From the human T2T-CHM13v2.0 reference genome, Homo sapiens: a stretch of DNA of 64,000 bases. The position numbers were made by a program, and so were the translations under genes. The notes below the pieces were generated by a model that worked only from the letters and a program-made list of their open reading frames with translations, did no database searches and had not been told where the DNA came from. Positions 28,331 through 40,559 of the stretch are shown here, in pieces (the first letter of the stretch is position 1; every line of letters begins with the position of its first letter). Where the stretch lies: the NCBI RefSeq assembly GCF_009914755.1, contig NC_060927.1; one strand, given 5' to 3'.

Positions 28331-29814
28331 TAATGAAGGTCCCTTGGAAGGTCCCTATTATGTGGCCCATGCCCTTTGAGCAAATGCTACCTTGATGTAA
28401 AACTTTCCACAAAGAAGTTAATGTTGGTAAAGTGCCACTCGGAAATTAAAGCACAGTGCTTTGAAGAGTTAAATCCAATGACCTTGTAAAGAACTGGAAA
28501 TTGTTAACAATGGTGCTGTCTGTCAAGGCTGGCATACTAGAGAGGCTCCGTGTGGACACCAAGATCTGAGCTCGTGAGGTAGGTGGGAGGGGGAGGCATG
28601 GTGATTATGGTAAATAGGGGGGCCCAGACAAGATGAGTCTTTCTGTCTCAGGAAGGAAAAAAAGATCACTGAAGAGTAAAGCTAGGGTACAGAATGGCAA
28701 CACCAAGTTTAAGTGTTGATGCAAGGGTTGATGGCAATGAGATGAAGCTGAGCAGGGAACCAGGTAGAAATGGAACTGAACAGGTGCAGGGAGGCAATGG
28801 AGCAAAGAGGTTTCTGGGCCACTCTCAGGATCAGTCATGAAATGTCCTTAGCTTCTCATTTTTGTTGGAGGATATGTGGAGGCATAGAGCTTGGTCACAT
28901 TGAGCTGACGCAAGTCACTGATTCCTGCAACCTCTAGTGATGCATTTCCAAACTCAGGTTAAAATGAAGGTCAAGAACTCCTGTTTTGCCATTTCTAAAT
29001 TATTGGGATTAGGCTATGAGCTTATTTCGAGGTATTTTTCAGTTCTGCTATGCTATGACTCTGATTTTGTTTTTATTTGGTAATCTTATATGGACAATAA
29101 TTGCATTTTGCAAATTTAAAAGTATCATGCCAACATGGTTTGTCTGTTACTTAGCTTTCATTTTTCTTTTAATGTTGGAAAATTGTGATACAAATTTATA
29201 GATCCTAAATTAACAAATTACTCAAGACTTTAGAATTTCTTAAAATGTTATGGTATGCTTTTTTTTTGAAAGCTCTACATTTTATAAAACCAAATTTGTC
29301 ATACGAAGTTTTAGGTATCAAGAAAGAATTCTGTGGATTTTTGTGTTGTCAGGGTATCTTAGATTGTAATTTTATGTATTTTCCTTTTGGTACCTCATAA
29401 AAACTAGAAGGGCTTTCTTGAACTGCATACTTTGTCAATACAATTTGATGATGGAGAAAGACATTTAAGTCCAGAACGATTGGTGTAAAGTACACTGGGT
29501 GAGACTGTATAGTTGAATTTTCCAGATGATCGAAAATTGACAGTAAAGAAATACATACAAAATAGATTTTGAAAGAATTGTTGAATGTTTACCTGTCGCT
29601 ACATATTATCTTGGATACAGTACAGATAATCCGAATGGAAAATTGCACTGAAAATGTCTTCCCCTGAGTTATATTTGCTGGTTCTTACATAAAATGTTAT
29701 TTATACAACAGATTTTATTGTATCTTCTCTTGCTTTACTCCTTTATCACCTTCTAGCTAACTGTCCTGACTTCAGACCTCTGTTAGATCTGCCAGATGTG
29801 CTCTCCTGGCCCAT

Positions 29815-29836
29815 GAAATCAAGCGTGGGTGAGACC
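29815..29836 (+). ncRNA. MIR551B: mature miR-551b-5p
   Basis: GAAATCAAGCGTGGGTGAGACC matches the recalled mature sequence. Confidence 0.9.
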
Positions 29837-29853
29837 TGGTGCAGAACGGGAAG

Positions 29854-29874
29854 GCGACCCATACTTGGTTTCAG
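29854..29874 (+). ncRNA. MIR551B: mature miR-551b-3p
   Basis: GCGACCCATACTTGGTTTCAG matches the recalled mature sequence. Confidence 0.95.
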
Positions 29875-31092
29875 AGGCTGTGAGAATAACTGCAATTTAG
29901 AGGGAATACCATTTATGTTTATGCAGGACTTCCAGAGAAAAAACAAAATTTATTATAGACATAAAGAATAAGAGATGAAATTCATGATTATATTGCATTT
30001 CTGTTCCAATGGGATTAAAAAAAAAAAAACACGTATTCTAAGTAAGTTGAACCAGGTTGACAGCTAATGATTTGATGTCTCTGTTAATGATTTTAAAACA
30101 TTGTACAAATCCAAAACTGTTTACTCCTTCAAGGTATACCTCCTTTTCTCCCACTTCTCCAGCTATTGTGGTCCATTTGCCCTTGCTCTGGGCTAGTTCC
30201 TTGGTAACTAACAGAAATGGATGGACAGAGATGCCATGACAGGAGTATGGATTTTGCTGGGTCCTCATTTATGCTGGGGCATCTATCAACTCTTTTTCCA
30301 ACATATTTTTGTTTCCCACACAGCCCCACTCACAGATGCTTGCCTATAGGGCCAAAAATCTCTAGTTAGCAATCTGCCAGAGTCCTGCTTTTTTGTGTAG
30401 GAGATTGGAGTTCTTTCAAATAACCCATCTGGTAAGATGTAGAGAAGTAGAGAAACTGAGGTAAATAAAATGTATATTGTTAAGTACTTTATTGCATACT
30501 TTGTACCTTTGCTGATAATTAATTTATAGACTATATCTGTTGAGCTGGTGTTGGTTAAGGTTGTATTTGCTTGTTTGTTTGTTCTATACTCTTTAAAAAC
30601 TTTTGTGGGTGGGTAGGGAGGGTATAATGGTGTTGATGTATGTTGTCATCCCTTAGGCCAGAGGAACCATTTCACAATTACTTTTTATTTTCTCAACAAG
30701 AATTCTGAAGGCCTGTATCTTTGGCACAGAAAATTAAGCTATAAAGGCAAGTTCTGCCAAGTATATATTACATATCTCCTGGCCATGGATTTTGGTAGGC
30801 TGTGAGAAAAATATGAAAGTCATTTCCAAAGATTTATTTTGTATTTCCTTAATTGACTTTCATATTTGTAATACATTTTCTATTTATAAATGGTATTTCT
30901 TTGTTCCACTTAAGGTACCTTAATTTATAAACACACAAAATTAATAAAGGGCATTTCCCCATTTTGTTAGGTTCTGAGAAGAATAAACCAAATTCTTCGC
31001 CAAGGCTTTTCCTTTTTTGGAAAATGCATTGGATAAACATGGTTTTCTTTGAATTATCTCAATGAAAGAGCTTCTCCCTGGACATTCTAAAG

Positions 31093-31254
31093 AAGTGCTG
31101 TCTGGTAGATTTTTCTGTGTTGACAGAAATGACCTACAATCTGCACTAATTTGACAGACATTAGCCACAAGGCACTTGAAAAATGGCCAATGAACTAAAT
31201 TTTTAAATTTATATAGCAGCGTGTGATCAGTGGCTACTATATTGTAGAGCATAG
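31093..31254. mobile_element. MER3 hAT-Charlie element
   Basis: GTGCTGTCTGGTAG...AGTGGCTACTATATTGTAGAGCATAG with 8-bp TSD TTCTAAAG/TTCTAGAG. Confidence 0.8.
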
Positions 31255-31405
31255 TTCTAGAGTACTTTAGTTATTTAGATAATTTTTTATAGATTACAAG
31301 TTTACCAAATTCATCTTTATCAATTCTCTTATGAATTTGCTAGGTTTTGGTTAGTAGCTTAAGTTTATGTATTTTAGAGCAGTTTTAATACATCACCATG
31401 TGTTT

Positions 31406-31770
31406 TGACTTAGTACTTTTAGGCTGCTACTAAACCAAACACAATACCATAAATTGGATAGCTTATATAATTTTTTTCTCACAACTCTGGAGGCTGGGAT
31501 TTCTAAGAACAAGGCACCAGCAGATTCATTGTTCAATGAGGGCCTGTTTCATGGTTCCTAGATAATATCTTCTCACTTTGTCCTTACGTGATAGAGAGGG
31601 CAAGCAACTCCTTCAGGCCTCTTTTATAGTGGCACTAATTCCATTCTTGAGGTGTCTGTGCCCGTGACTTAATCACCTCCCAAAGGCCTCCCCTCCTAAT
31701 GCCATCAACTTGGAGGTTAGGATTTCAATATACAAATTTTGGGGGCAACACAAACATTCAAACCATAGCA
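31406..31770 (-). mobile_element. MLT1A0/MSTD-like MaLR LTR
   Basis: TTCTCACAACTCTGGAGGCTGGGA...AATCACCTCCCAAAGGCC...CAAACATTCAAACCATAGCA. Confidence 0.85.
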
Positions 31771-33631
31771 TTCTTATACAATAAACTACTCACAAAATAG
31801 AGAGTTAACTAAAACAATTCTCCAAGTTTTAAACAATTTATATGGTTGCCACTTTATTTTCTATGAAAACAAATTAAATTTCTGCTGAAAGCTAAAAGCT
31901 GGCCAATTACCAAGTGATCCCACAGTTATTGAGTGTTACTACTTGGACAGCATTAAATAAACCATTCTTTAAGTTACAGAAAAGATTTGAGGTGATTCCT
32001 CTCTTCAGCCATCCTACAGTCTTGATAGAAAGGCAAAACTGGCAGTTATGAAATAATTAAAAATAAATCAGTGCTAAACTCTATTATGTAAAATAGGAGT
32101 ATAGATGAGGGAGAGATCAGTGTGGATCATAGTAGCCAATCTCTGCACTTTAAAGTTAAAAGGACCCTTAGAAATCATTCATTTGGAGTTTTAGAAATCA
32201 TGAAATTGTATTTTATCAGGTTTACACACTCAAGATTTCACAGCCAGCTAATGACATGTCCAGTGCTTGAATAAAGGTCTCTTAACCCTCAATTTCGTGA
32301 TCACTTTTTACTAGTTAGCCTTATACCTCCTCCTGGAGGAGTTTGTCCTTAACAATTCATTAAAAGATAGCTTGGGGTCAGCAATTATAGACCGAGTTCT
32401 ATTGCAAATATCAGTTTCATCTAGCAGAGTGTTCCCCAAATTTTCGTTGTTTACTCAACACATTCATAATGTTTTTTTCATATCCTTCTACCATTTGTAC
32501 TATTATTTATCCTTTTTTTATTTGAAATTCATTAAAAGGAAAATGAAAGGCCAGAATTATTTGTCATAAGTAAAAGATAACTAGGAAGTAAACACCTGAA
32601 AAATAAAAGCTAAGCTATAAATTCCCAGCCAGGCACTTTGTCTGCCTAAGCCAGAGGCCTGTTCTCTTTCTTATAAAGGAGATTAGTGAGTAATGGAAAA
32701 ACATTAGATGCCATAGTCCTACATTACTATAAAGAGCAATCCTTTCCTTCACCTCCAGTTTCAAAATTGTGAGATTTACAAGGTCCAACTGTGGAAGCTA
32801 ATATCTCCTATTGACCTCCCTGTGGCTGTTTTGTGACTGCCTTAGGAAGAAATTAGCCATGGACCTGCAGTTCTGCATGAGCTCATGTGCATGTCTGCAT
32901 GAATTTGTGTGTCTGTATTGGTTGGTGGCGGGGGTTAGGGAATGGTGGTTACTTTTTAAATTATGCAATAATGGCGTATATTTCCTGATTTTCTTTCTTC
33001 ATTAAAACAAAGCTCTTTTGAACTGGTTGCTTTTGTCCTTTACAAGGGAAAGTAATTGTATAGTTAATCCTATTTGTTTCTAATGTAATTAAATGGAATT
33101 TAGATAGATTATCTCTCCATATACAAACATGCAATTCTTATCATTTATAAAGCAAAAAAATAAAAACCCTTTTATTGTTTTTGGTGGAGCAGTCGGGGCA
33201 CATTAGTAACTCTGGCTTATGTAAGAATGACATGCATTTTTCTCTTAAAGATGAAGAATGCTGTCAAAATATACTTTTAAAAATTAAGAAAAGTAAATGA
33301 TTCCTACAAATATCAAGTGAGGATATTTCACAGCTTATTTAACCCATTGATGAGAACCCTCAGTATGGTGACTCAGTTTTAAAGAGACTTTGAAAAGCAG
33401 ATATTTGTATAGTTAGTTTGGAAAAGTGTGATGAAATATGTTTGCTGAGTTAGAGAAAATGCTCATTAATGTCCCACAGGATAATAAAATCATAACCTTT
33501 GAACATATATTTTCAACCAGAGAGGAAATGGTTTGTATCACTACCAGACAAAAATATACAAGTTAAAAGTACCCAGAACAACTCTGGGTACTTACCAATA
33601 GTAAATGGTAAGTAAAACAATGATGTATTTT

Positions 33632-33860
33632 CTGGTTCTTGGGAACCCAGGTAATTTTTCCCCTTAGGGTTTTTTGGCAAAGTCTGGTGACATTTTTGGT
33701 CTTGGCACCTGGAGGGTGCGACCATCATCCAGCATACAGTCTAAGGATGCTGCTAAACATCCTATAATATAAAAATATCAGTTATTTCTGCCTCCTCTCA
33801 TACCCCCAGAAAAAATTATCCCGGCCAAAATATCAGTGGTTCTCAAGTTGAGAGACACTA
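33632..33860. mobile_element. MER20-like hAT-Charlie element
   Basis: TTGGCAAAGTCTGGTGACATTTTTGG...GGATGCTGCTAAACATCCTA...AAGTTGAGAGACACT. Confidence 0.7.
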
Positions 33861-35137
33861 CCCTAGAGACTTAAATCACCTTTGTACAGGCCTGATAGTG
33901 CTCCAGTGTGACACTGAAAGGGCTTGCTGCCATTCTTTTGTCTGTTCTGGATAATTTTTCTTACTAATGCCATAAGATTTTCCATGCAGTACGATGTTTT
34001 TGTATTGTCTGAATGTACCCAGAGGAAGCAGACATAGTGAGCTAGGCTAGGGCTCTGCTTGGTTATAACATTTCTTGTTCCTGTCTCATTCTATTGTTGT
34101 TTTCTTACATTTGAATGGAAAAAAAATCTAAAAATAAATGGTGAAGAAATGTTAAAACATGCATTATCTGTCACTGTGACCATTTTAATGAATGTCATTC
34201 CATTTTCTACAGGATAACATTATTTTCAGTTGGCTGTGTCCTTTCCTGATTGACACTGTGATTCTTGAAAAATAAAAATTGATGCACAATAATGTAGTAT
34301 AGGAAAGAAGTACATATTAGAAAAGCATAGACTCTCCCTGCTCCTGACTAATTTCTTTCAGTTAGAAAGTTAAGGAAAACTGACATATTCTCTCTAAGAA
34401 AATATGGAATTGGAAACATCACACCTCATTCTTTTCAACCCTTCAATAGGTTGAATTGAAAGTCAGCAATTAAGAGCAGTCTTTTCTTATACCTCCAATT
34501 TAGTGAAAAGGTAAAAACAGAAGGAAAATTCATATATAACATACTACGATATTCCAGGAACAACCACTATAATTTTTGTGTATTTGTTCAGACTTTTACT
34601 AGGAACAGCCTCATTTTCTTTTCTATTTAACTGAATGTTTTTTAATGTAACATATGCTTCTTGGAATAGGCACAAGCATACTGAGATGAGGGTGAAGACT
34701 TGCTTCTGTACCCAAGAAATTCCTATGTCAGTACCCAGAGTTCTAATTGTAGAGAATATGCAATAGTATATATTAATTTTTCACTTAATATCATACTATC
34801 AGAATTTTTTTCATGTTGCCACATTGTTCTCCTAATCATTTAATGCTGGGATTTATATAGATTTAAAAACAGCTCAAGTTTCCTGTAAGAAATATGATGC
34901 AATTTATAGTTGCATTTCTCATATAAGTAAGCAGTAGGATCACACTCATATACAGGAGTAAAATTATCCTCCAAATAATCTGCACAGGGCCTGGTACTTG
35001 CTAGGTGCTTAAAAAATGTTGATTTTCTTTTATTCAAGTTCTAGCATTTTTATACTGGAAGGAATCATGACATTGGCACATTCCTTTTTTCTCTTTTTAT
35101 CTTTTTTAATAGTAAAGGAACTGAGACCTTGTTAATT

Positions 35138-35197
35138 ATTATTATTATTATTATTTTTTGAGACGGAATCTCGTTCTGTCGCCCAGGCTGGAGTGCA
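35138..35197 (-). mobile_element. Severely 5'-truncated Alu (~40 bp body plus (AAT)n tail)
   Basis: GAGACGGAATCTCGTTCTGTCGCCCAGGCTGGAGTGCA flanked by a perfect 15-bp TSD GAGACCTTGTTAATT (35123-35137, 35198-35212). Confidence 0.9.
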
Positions 35198-35437
35198 GAG
35201 ACCTTGTTAATTTAACTGGGGCAATGTAGAACTCTGTACTTGAACTTAAAATATTAGGTTCAAGTGCTATCTCTGCCTCTTATTGACTGTATGATAATAG
35301 ATGAGCCACTTTACTTCTTGAGGCATTTCAGTATATATTGGAGAGAGAGTTGCACTAGGTAAAATACGTTGTTTAAGATTTAAGGAATTTTGTTTTTTGC
35401 TTCAAGAGCTCATGCTGATAAAATTGATATAAATATA

Positions 35438-36178
35438 ATGGTAATGTGAATTAGCACAACCACTAGGGGGAAGAATATGGAGTTCCCCCAAAAAACTAAA
35501 AATAGAACTACCGTATGATCCAACAATCCCAGTTCTCGGTATATATATATATATAAAAAAGTATATCAAAGAGTTATCTTCTTCCCATATATATTGCAGC
35601 ACCATTCACAATAGCCAAGACATGGAATTAACCTAAATGTCCATCAATGGATTGATGGATAAAGGAAATATGGTACATTTACACAAAGGAGTATTATTTA
35701 GCCATAAAGATGAAGTCCTTTTATTTATACAGAACAGGAAGACAGTATGTTTAGTGAAATAAATCAGGCACAGAAAGATAAATATTGTATATTCTCACTC
35801 ATGTGGGAGCTAAAAAATTTTGAACTCATGGAGATAGTAGAGTGGTGGTTACAAGAGGCTAGGAAGGGTAGTAGGGAGGAAAGGTAAAGTGGGGATAGTT
35901 AATGGGTACAGGTATACAATTATGTAGAATGAATAAGGTCTAGTATTTTGTAGCACAATAGGGCCACTATAGTTAAGCATATTTATTATATATTTAAAAA
36001 TAACTGAAAGAGTAGAATTGGAATGTTCCTAACACACATACATAATAAATGGTTGTGATGAATACTCCAATTTACTTGATTATTGCACATTATATGCCTG
36101 TATCAAAACACTACATGTATGCCAAAAACATATACAACTACTATGTACCCATAATCATTAATTTTTTTTAATTTAAAA
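35438..36178 (+). mobile_element. L1MA (MA3/MA4-like) 3' end
   Basis: AAAAACTAAAAATAGAACTACCGTATGATCCA, ATTCACAATAGCCAAGA, GAACTCATGGAGATAG, ACTATGTACCCATAA. Confidence 0.85.
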
Positions 36179-36781
36179 ATCTATGATCTCTTTAAGGACA
36201 AAAGTCTTCCAAGGCAAATATTAATCTACTAAATAAGCTCACTGTATAGAGAGCCCAGAGTACTGTAAAATAATATGCATTCATTTGGAAACAAAAACTA
36301 ATATTATAAGAGCACACTATGTATTAAGGATGCCTTCAAACATTTTATGTGGGTTTTTACTTTAATCTTTAGTTACACTTTCAGGTAGATGATATGCTTC
36401 TCCGTTTATTTAAGGAAACTTCAACCGAGTGAAGTTGCCACATTTTTCTAAATAACTCATCTAGTATATATTTCATTATGCCAAAGTCTAGAAAACTGAT
36501 GTGTTCATTCAAAAACATTACTTCAACCTGTCAGTAGCAGTCTTTTTTTTACCTCTTTACAGTTTTAGAAAGGCCTTTTGGGCATGGTTTTGTGATCCAT
36601 GACTATTTAAAAATCTCGTCAGGGAAGTAGGAAATAATTTTCTTCTTATCTCATATGAATTGCTCTTGTAGCAAAGAGACTGTCAAAAATATTCTCTCCA
36701 TCATTCTTCAGGAAAATGTTAAGCATTGAGGGCAAGCAAGCCTCTTAAACTAGAGACCCAGAGGTACAGTAGAAGGTATTC

Positions 36782-36996
36782 CAGAGTTGAGATGAGAGTT
36801 CTATGCTCCTGTCTTTGCACATATACTGACTTGTGTGATTCAGCTAATTTCCAGGAAGCTCAACTATAAAAGTGAGGGAGGTGCACCAGATGATCTCCAA
36901 GATCTTGTACTCTGTTTGTACTCTACTCTCTCCTTGTGTATCTTCCCCACCCACTCTGCTGTTCTGTGCGGGGAAGGGAGATCTGTAGCTCTGTTG
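36782..36996 (+). repeat. Host flank (MIR-like) copy 1 of a local duplication
   Basis: Aligns to 51295-51497: 44/52 and 45/50 identity in two hand-aligned blocks. Confidence 0.9.
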
Positions 36997-37333
36997 TATT
37001 AAAGTAAAAACTTTAGAAAAATATAGCAGAGTTTAACTGAGCAAGGTACAGTTCAGTGTGGGCAGGCAGCATTTGTGGATAAAAAATGGAGGTGAAGTAC
37101 AGAAACAGCTTGCTTGGTTTTGATTTGCATTTGTCTCGCCTCACCGTGGTCTGATCAGTTGGCCATCTGTGATTGACTGAAGCTTGGCTACTGGGACTGA
37201 CTGAGATCCAGCTAGTTATTACAAAAGTATACTGCTGTGTTAGGCTTCAAGTTAGTTTCAGTGCTGTTAGGTTGCATTTTATTATGTGAAGAGTCAAGTA
37301 CAGAGGCATTCACAGGCCAAATTTAGTTGAAGA
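36997..37333 (-). mobile_element. MER57E-like LTR (3' LTR of outer ERV)
   Basis: Homologous to 51498-51969; followed on + by ATCTTCCCCTTTTGG (PPT on minus); preceded by GTTG. Confidence 0.85.
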
Positions 37334-39391
37334 ATCTTCCCCTTTTGGTCAGCCTCTCAATTTTGAGAGATTTGACCAAAACCTTGGACATGGATTCTAC
37401 TCTCTCTTACCATCATAAATTGACTTATTTGGTCTCAGTACGGAATTTCCAAGTGAGTTCAATAATTCTTTATGATCTTGATGATCTAATCAAAGTGAGA
37501 CTATTCAAGGATTGCTAGATGGCTGCATACAAAAATTTAATACTTGAGAGGAGACCACACATCATGGGGACTATTATATAATGATCATTAGGATAATAAT
37601 ACCAAAAGACTTAAGTATACTGCACAACAGAAGCCCCTACAAACTGAACTGATCAAAATCAAGCACATTGAAGTTCAGCTAATATAGAAAGTTCAGTAGT
37701 ATTTGAGTCCAATTGATCATAGTCGGTGTTCAGGATGTGATGGTGATTAAAGACCACAGTCCACTGTGGAATGGTCTGATTTAAGAGGAATACAGTTTTG
37801 TCATTAACCAGTTATTTTAAGTTATAGTCACCTGGAGACCCACTAGAAGATATAAACATTAGAAAACCTTGGAAAAGCCAAGCTTGCCACTCACCACTTA
37901 GGATGTCTACAAACCAACTATTAGTGGTTCCTATAAACACATTGTGTGTTCTTATCTCTTGAGAAATTTCCTTGATTATTTGATGTCAGGGTTTTAAAAA
38001 ACAGAGGTTTCAGCCAACTTTTAAATTATGCTTTCTGTAGTAGCAAAATAAGGGGAAATATAGATACAGCATTCAGTTTTGTTCAATACCTTACACAAGC
38101 CCCCAGCATGACAAAAAAGGAAATCTAAAACTGCATGATGTTTCATTAAGTGCTTTTTGCTGAACATGTATGTTTTTATCCACCATTCAGAGAGTGACTT
38201 CTATCAGTATGAACCCCTAGGAGGCCTTGTTGGCCACAAAGTCCAAGATTTTTTTCCAGTTTACAGATTAGTTTCAAATTCCGTACTACCGGTACTCCAC
38301 TACTACCCAAGAGTGAGCCCTCAGTAACCTCATTGGAGTCTTTCCTCATTGGAAACTAGATTATCTTTACAAACCCAACAATTGCTCCAGTTTTTTGCTA
38401 GAACATAAACCTTAACTAAAAAAAAAAAAAAAATTCATCCACAAATTGTGGTTCCACAGATTTTTCTGCAGAGAAAAGGAAAAGATTAGGACAGCAGCAA
38501 ATGAGGAAAAAAGAAAAAGGGTAGTCCTTTCATAATGGCATAGAAAAGAAGCCTTTGTCTGTAATCTTTGGAAAGCCATTCATATCTAGGATGCCATTTG
38601 CTTCTGCAGAGAAACTTCCCTGGTCGGCTTTCCCTAAAAGTCTCCAATGAGTGTGCAGCTCTAAGAGTCTGGAGGGTCATTTTCAGTTGTAAGATGTGGA
38701 CCCAAGGTTTGAGCCCCCAAAGTTTTGCTGCAGTGAGGGCGGTGAAAAGAAGTTGGTATGATCCCTTTCAATGGAGTTCAAGGGCAGTCTTTCTTTGAGG
38801 TCATTTCCAGAAGCCCCAATCTCTAGGTTCTAGATCTTCAAAGATTTGATTGTTCTCAGTTGGTGTATTATAAAAAGCTTCCTTTACCCGGTGAAAATAC
38901 ACTTTTGCAAAATGCATTAAAGCCTTAGAGCATTTAGTCATATCAGGGTTTAGGAGACCAAGAGATACATGAGGTCCCATCATTAAGGACAGAGGCCTTT
39001 CAGTGACTATTTCATGAGAGGTCAACTTATGTTTTCCTCTGAGGGTGGATCTGATTGCCATCAAGGCCAATATTAATACCTTTAGCCAAGGCAATCTAAT
39101 CAATTCAGTTAACTTTGCCAGTTTCAGTTTTAAGATACCATTTGTTCTTTCAACCTTTCTAGAAGACTGAGGGTGAAAGAGATGATGGTAATTCCATTGT
39201 GTTCATACCACCTTATTTAATTGCTTTATAAATTATCCAGTAAAATGGATACCTCTACTGCTGGAGATTTTGCCAGGAATGCCCCATAAGGGAAACACAT
39301 TTTTGAATATCCTTTTAGCTACTCTTATAGTATTGGACTTCCTGCGTTGACAGTTCCAACTAGGGAACATAAACTATTTAAAAAAATACAG

Positions 39392-39687
39392 GGCCGGGTG
39401 CAGTGGCTCACACCTGTAATCCCAGCACTTTGGGAGGCCGAGGCAGGCAGATCACGAGGTCAGGAGATCGAGACCATGCTGGCTAACACAGTGAAACCCC
39501 GTCTCTACTAAAAATACAAAAAATTAGCCGGGCGTGGTGGCAGGCGCCTGTAGTCCCAGCTACTCAGGAGGCTGAGGCAGGAGAATGGTGTGAACCCAAG
39601 AGGCAGAGCTTGCAGTGAGCCGAGATCATGCCTCCAGCCTGGGCGACAGAGTGAGACTCCATCTCAAAAAAAAAAAAAAAAAAAAAA
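39392..39687 (+). mobile_element. AluY inserted in the outer ERV integrase remnant
   Basis: GATCACGAGGTCAGGAGATCGAGACCATGCTGGCTAACAC; poly(A). Confidence 0.95.
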
Positions 39688-40078
39688 TTCATATCCCACT
39701 GAAGTAGCAATTAAATGGAATCTCTATAAATGTTGAAATGGCCCATTAGGTAGCAGAAATGTGCCCCCTGTGGTTTTGATTGTCTTTTCAGAATTATGAG
39801 TTTGACAAACCAAACATTGGTTATGAATTATTTCAGTAATTTTATAACAGTCACCACACCAATATTTTTTCGTAATTTGTATCATTTTGTCTACTCCATG
39901 ACGAGTTATAGAGGGCAGAACTTTTAACAATGGAAGCTGTAAGGACTCAGAAAAGACCAGGCCGACATCCAGACTTTCCATAAGTCCATGCTGAACATTG
40001 AATTTACATCCTTCTAAGTATCAGTTTTGTTTCTCCAATTCAGGTGCATAGCACTCTTAAGTAAGTTATCTTAGGTAA

Positions 40079-40423
40079 TGTTAAAATAAAAATTTAGACA
40101 AAATAAATTTAATAGGTGTATTTGAGCAAAGAACAATTTATGAATTGGGTAGTGCTCAGAATCAAAAGAGATTCGGAGTACTCTGCTACAGCCATGCGGG
40201 TAGTGAGCTTTCTTCACATGGAGGGAAAACAAGTAAAATATACTAGATTAGTTTAGAGTAGAAAGACACTAGTCAGAGGTTAGACAGTAGTTCCTGATTG
40301 ATAATGTCTCTAGTTTCATTATAGTCTTTACATTGGGCTCTGGTTTGCTTATAGGAACCTAAAGCACTGGGGCTGTCTCAGTGTAATGGTTTCTATATTA
40401 GGATTTTTTTTAAAAAAGAAACA
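40079..40423 (-). mobile_element. 3' LTR of inner provirus
   Basis: TGTTAAAA...GGGCTCTGGTTTGCTT..ATAGGAACCTAAAGCAC...AACA, homologous to 48684-49019. Confidence 0.9.
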
Positions 40424-40559
40424 ATTCCCCCTTTTTTCATCTTCTCATTTATGAGACTGACCAAAATATAGGCATAAGCACCACTCCCTGCTGCCATCGT
40501 GGCTGGGTTGTCTTTTTCTCAGTGAGGAACTTGTAAGTCATGACGTCAGGCTTGTTAAA

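Larger units (their letters stand above)
29794..29889 (+). ncRNA. MIR551B: pre-miR-551b hairpin
   Basis: AGATGTGCTCTCC...GAAATCAAGCGTGGGTGAGACC...GCGACCCATACTTGGTTTCAG...GAGAATAA. Arms pair (GAAAUCAAG/CUUGGUUUC, GUGGGU/ACCCAU). CNNC (CTGC, 29890-29893) lies 16 nt after the 3p end. Confidence 0.97.

Noticed and set aside
35457-35474. CTCF-like motif CCACTAGGGGGA in L1MA
   Set aside because: Lacks the conserved C after the G run; a weak match expected by chance.
38357-38440. Possible second poly(A)-tailed insert in the outer ERV
   Set aside because: An A-run is present but there is no convincing TSD or canonical poly(A) signal.
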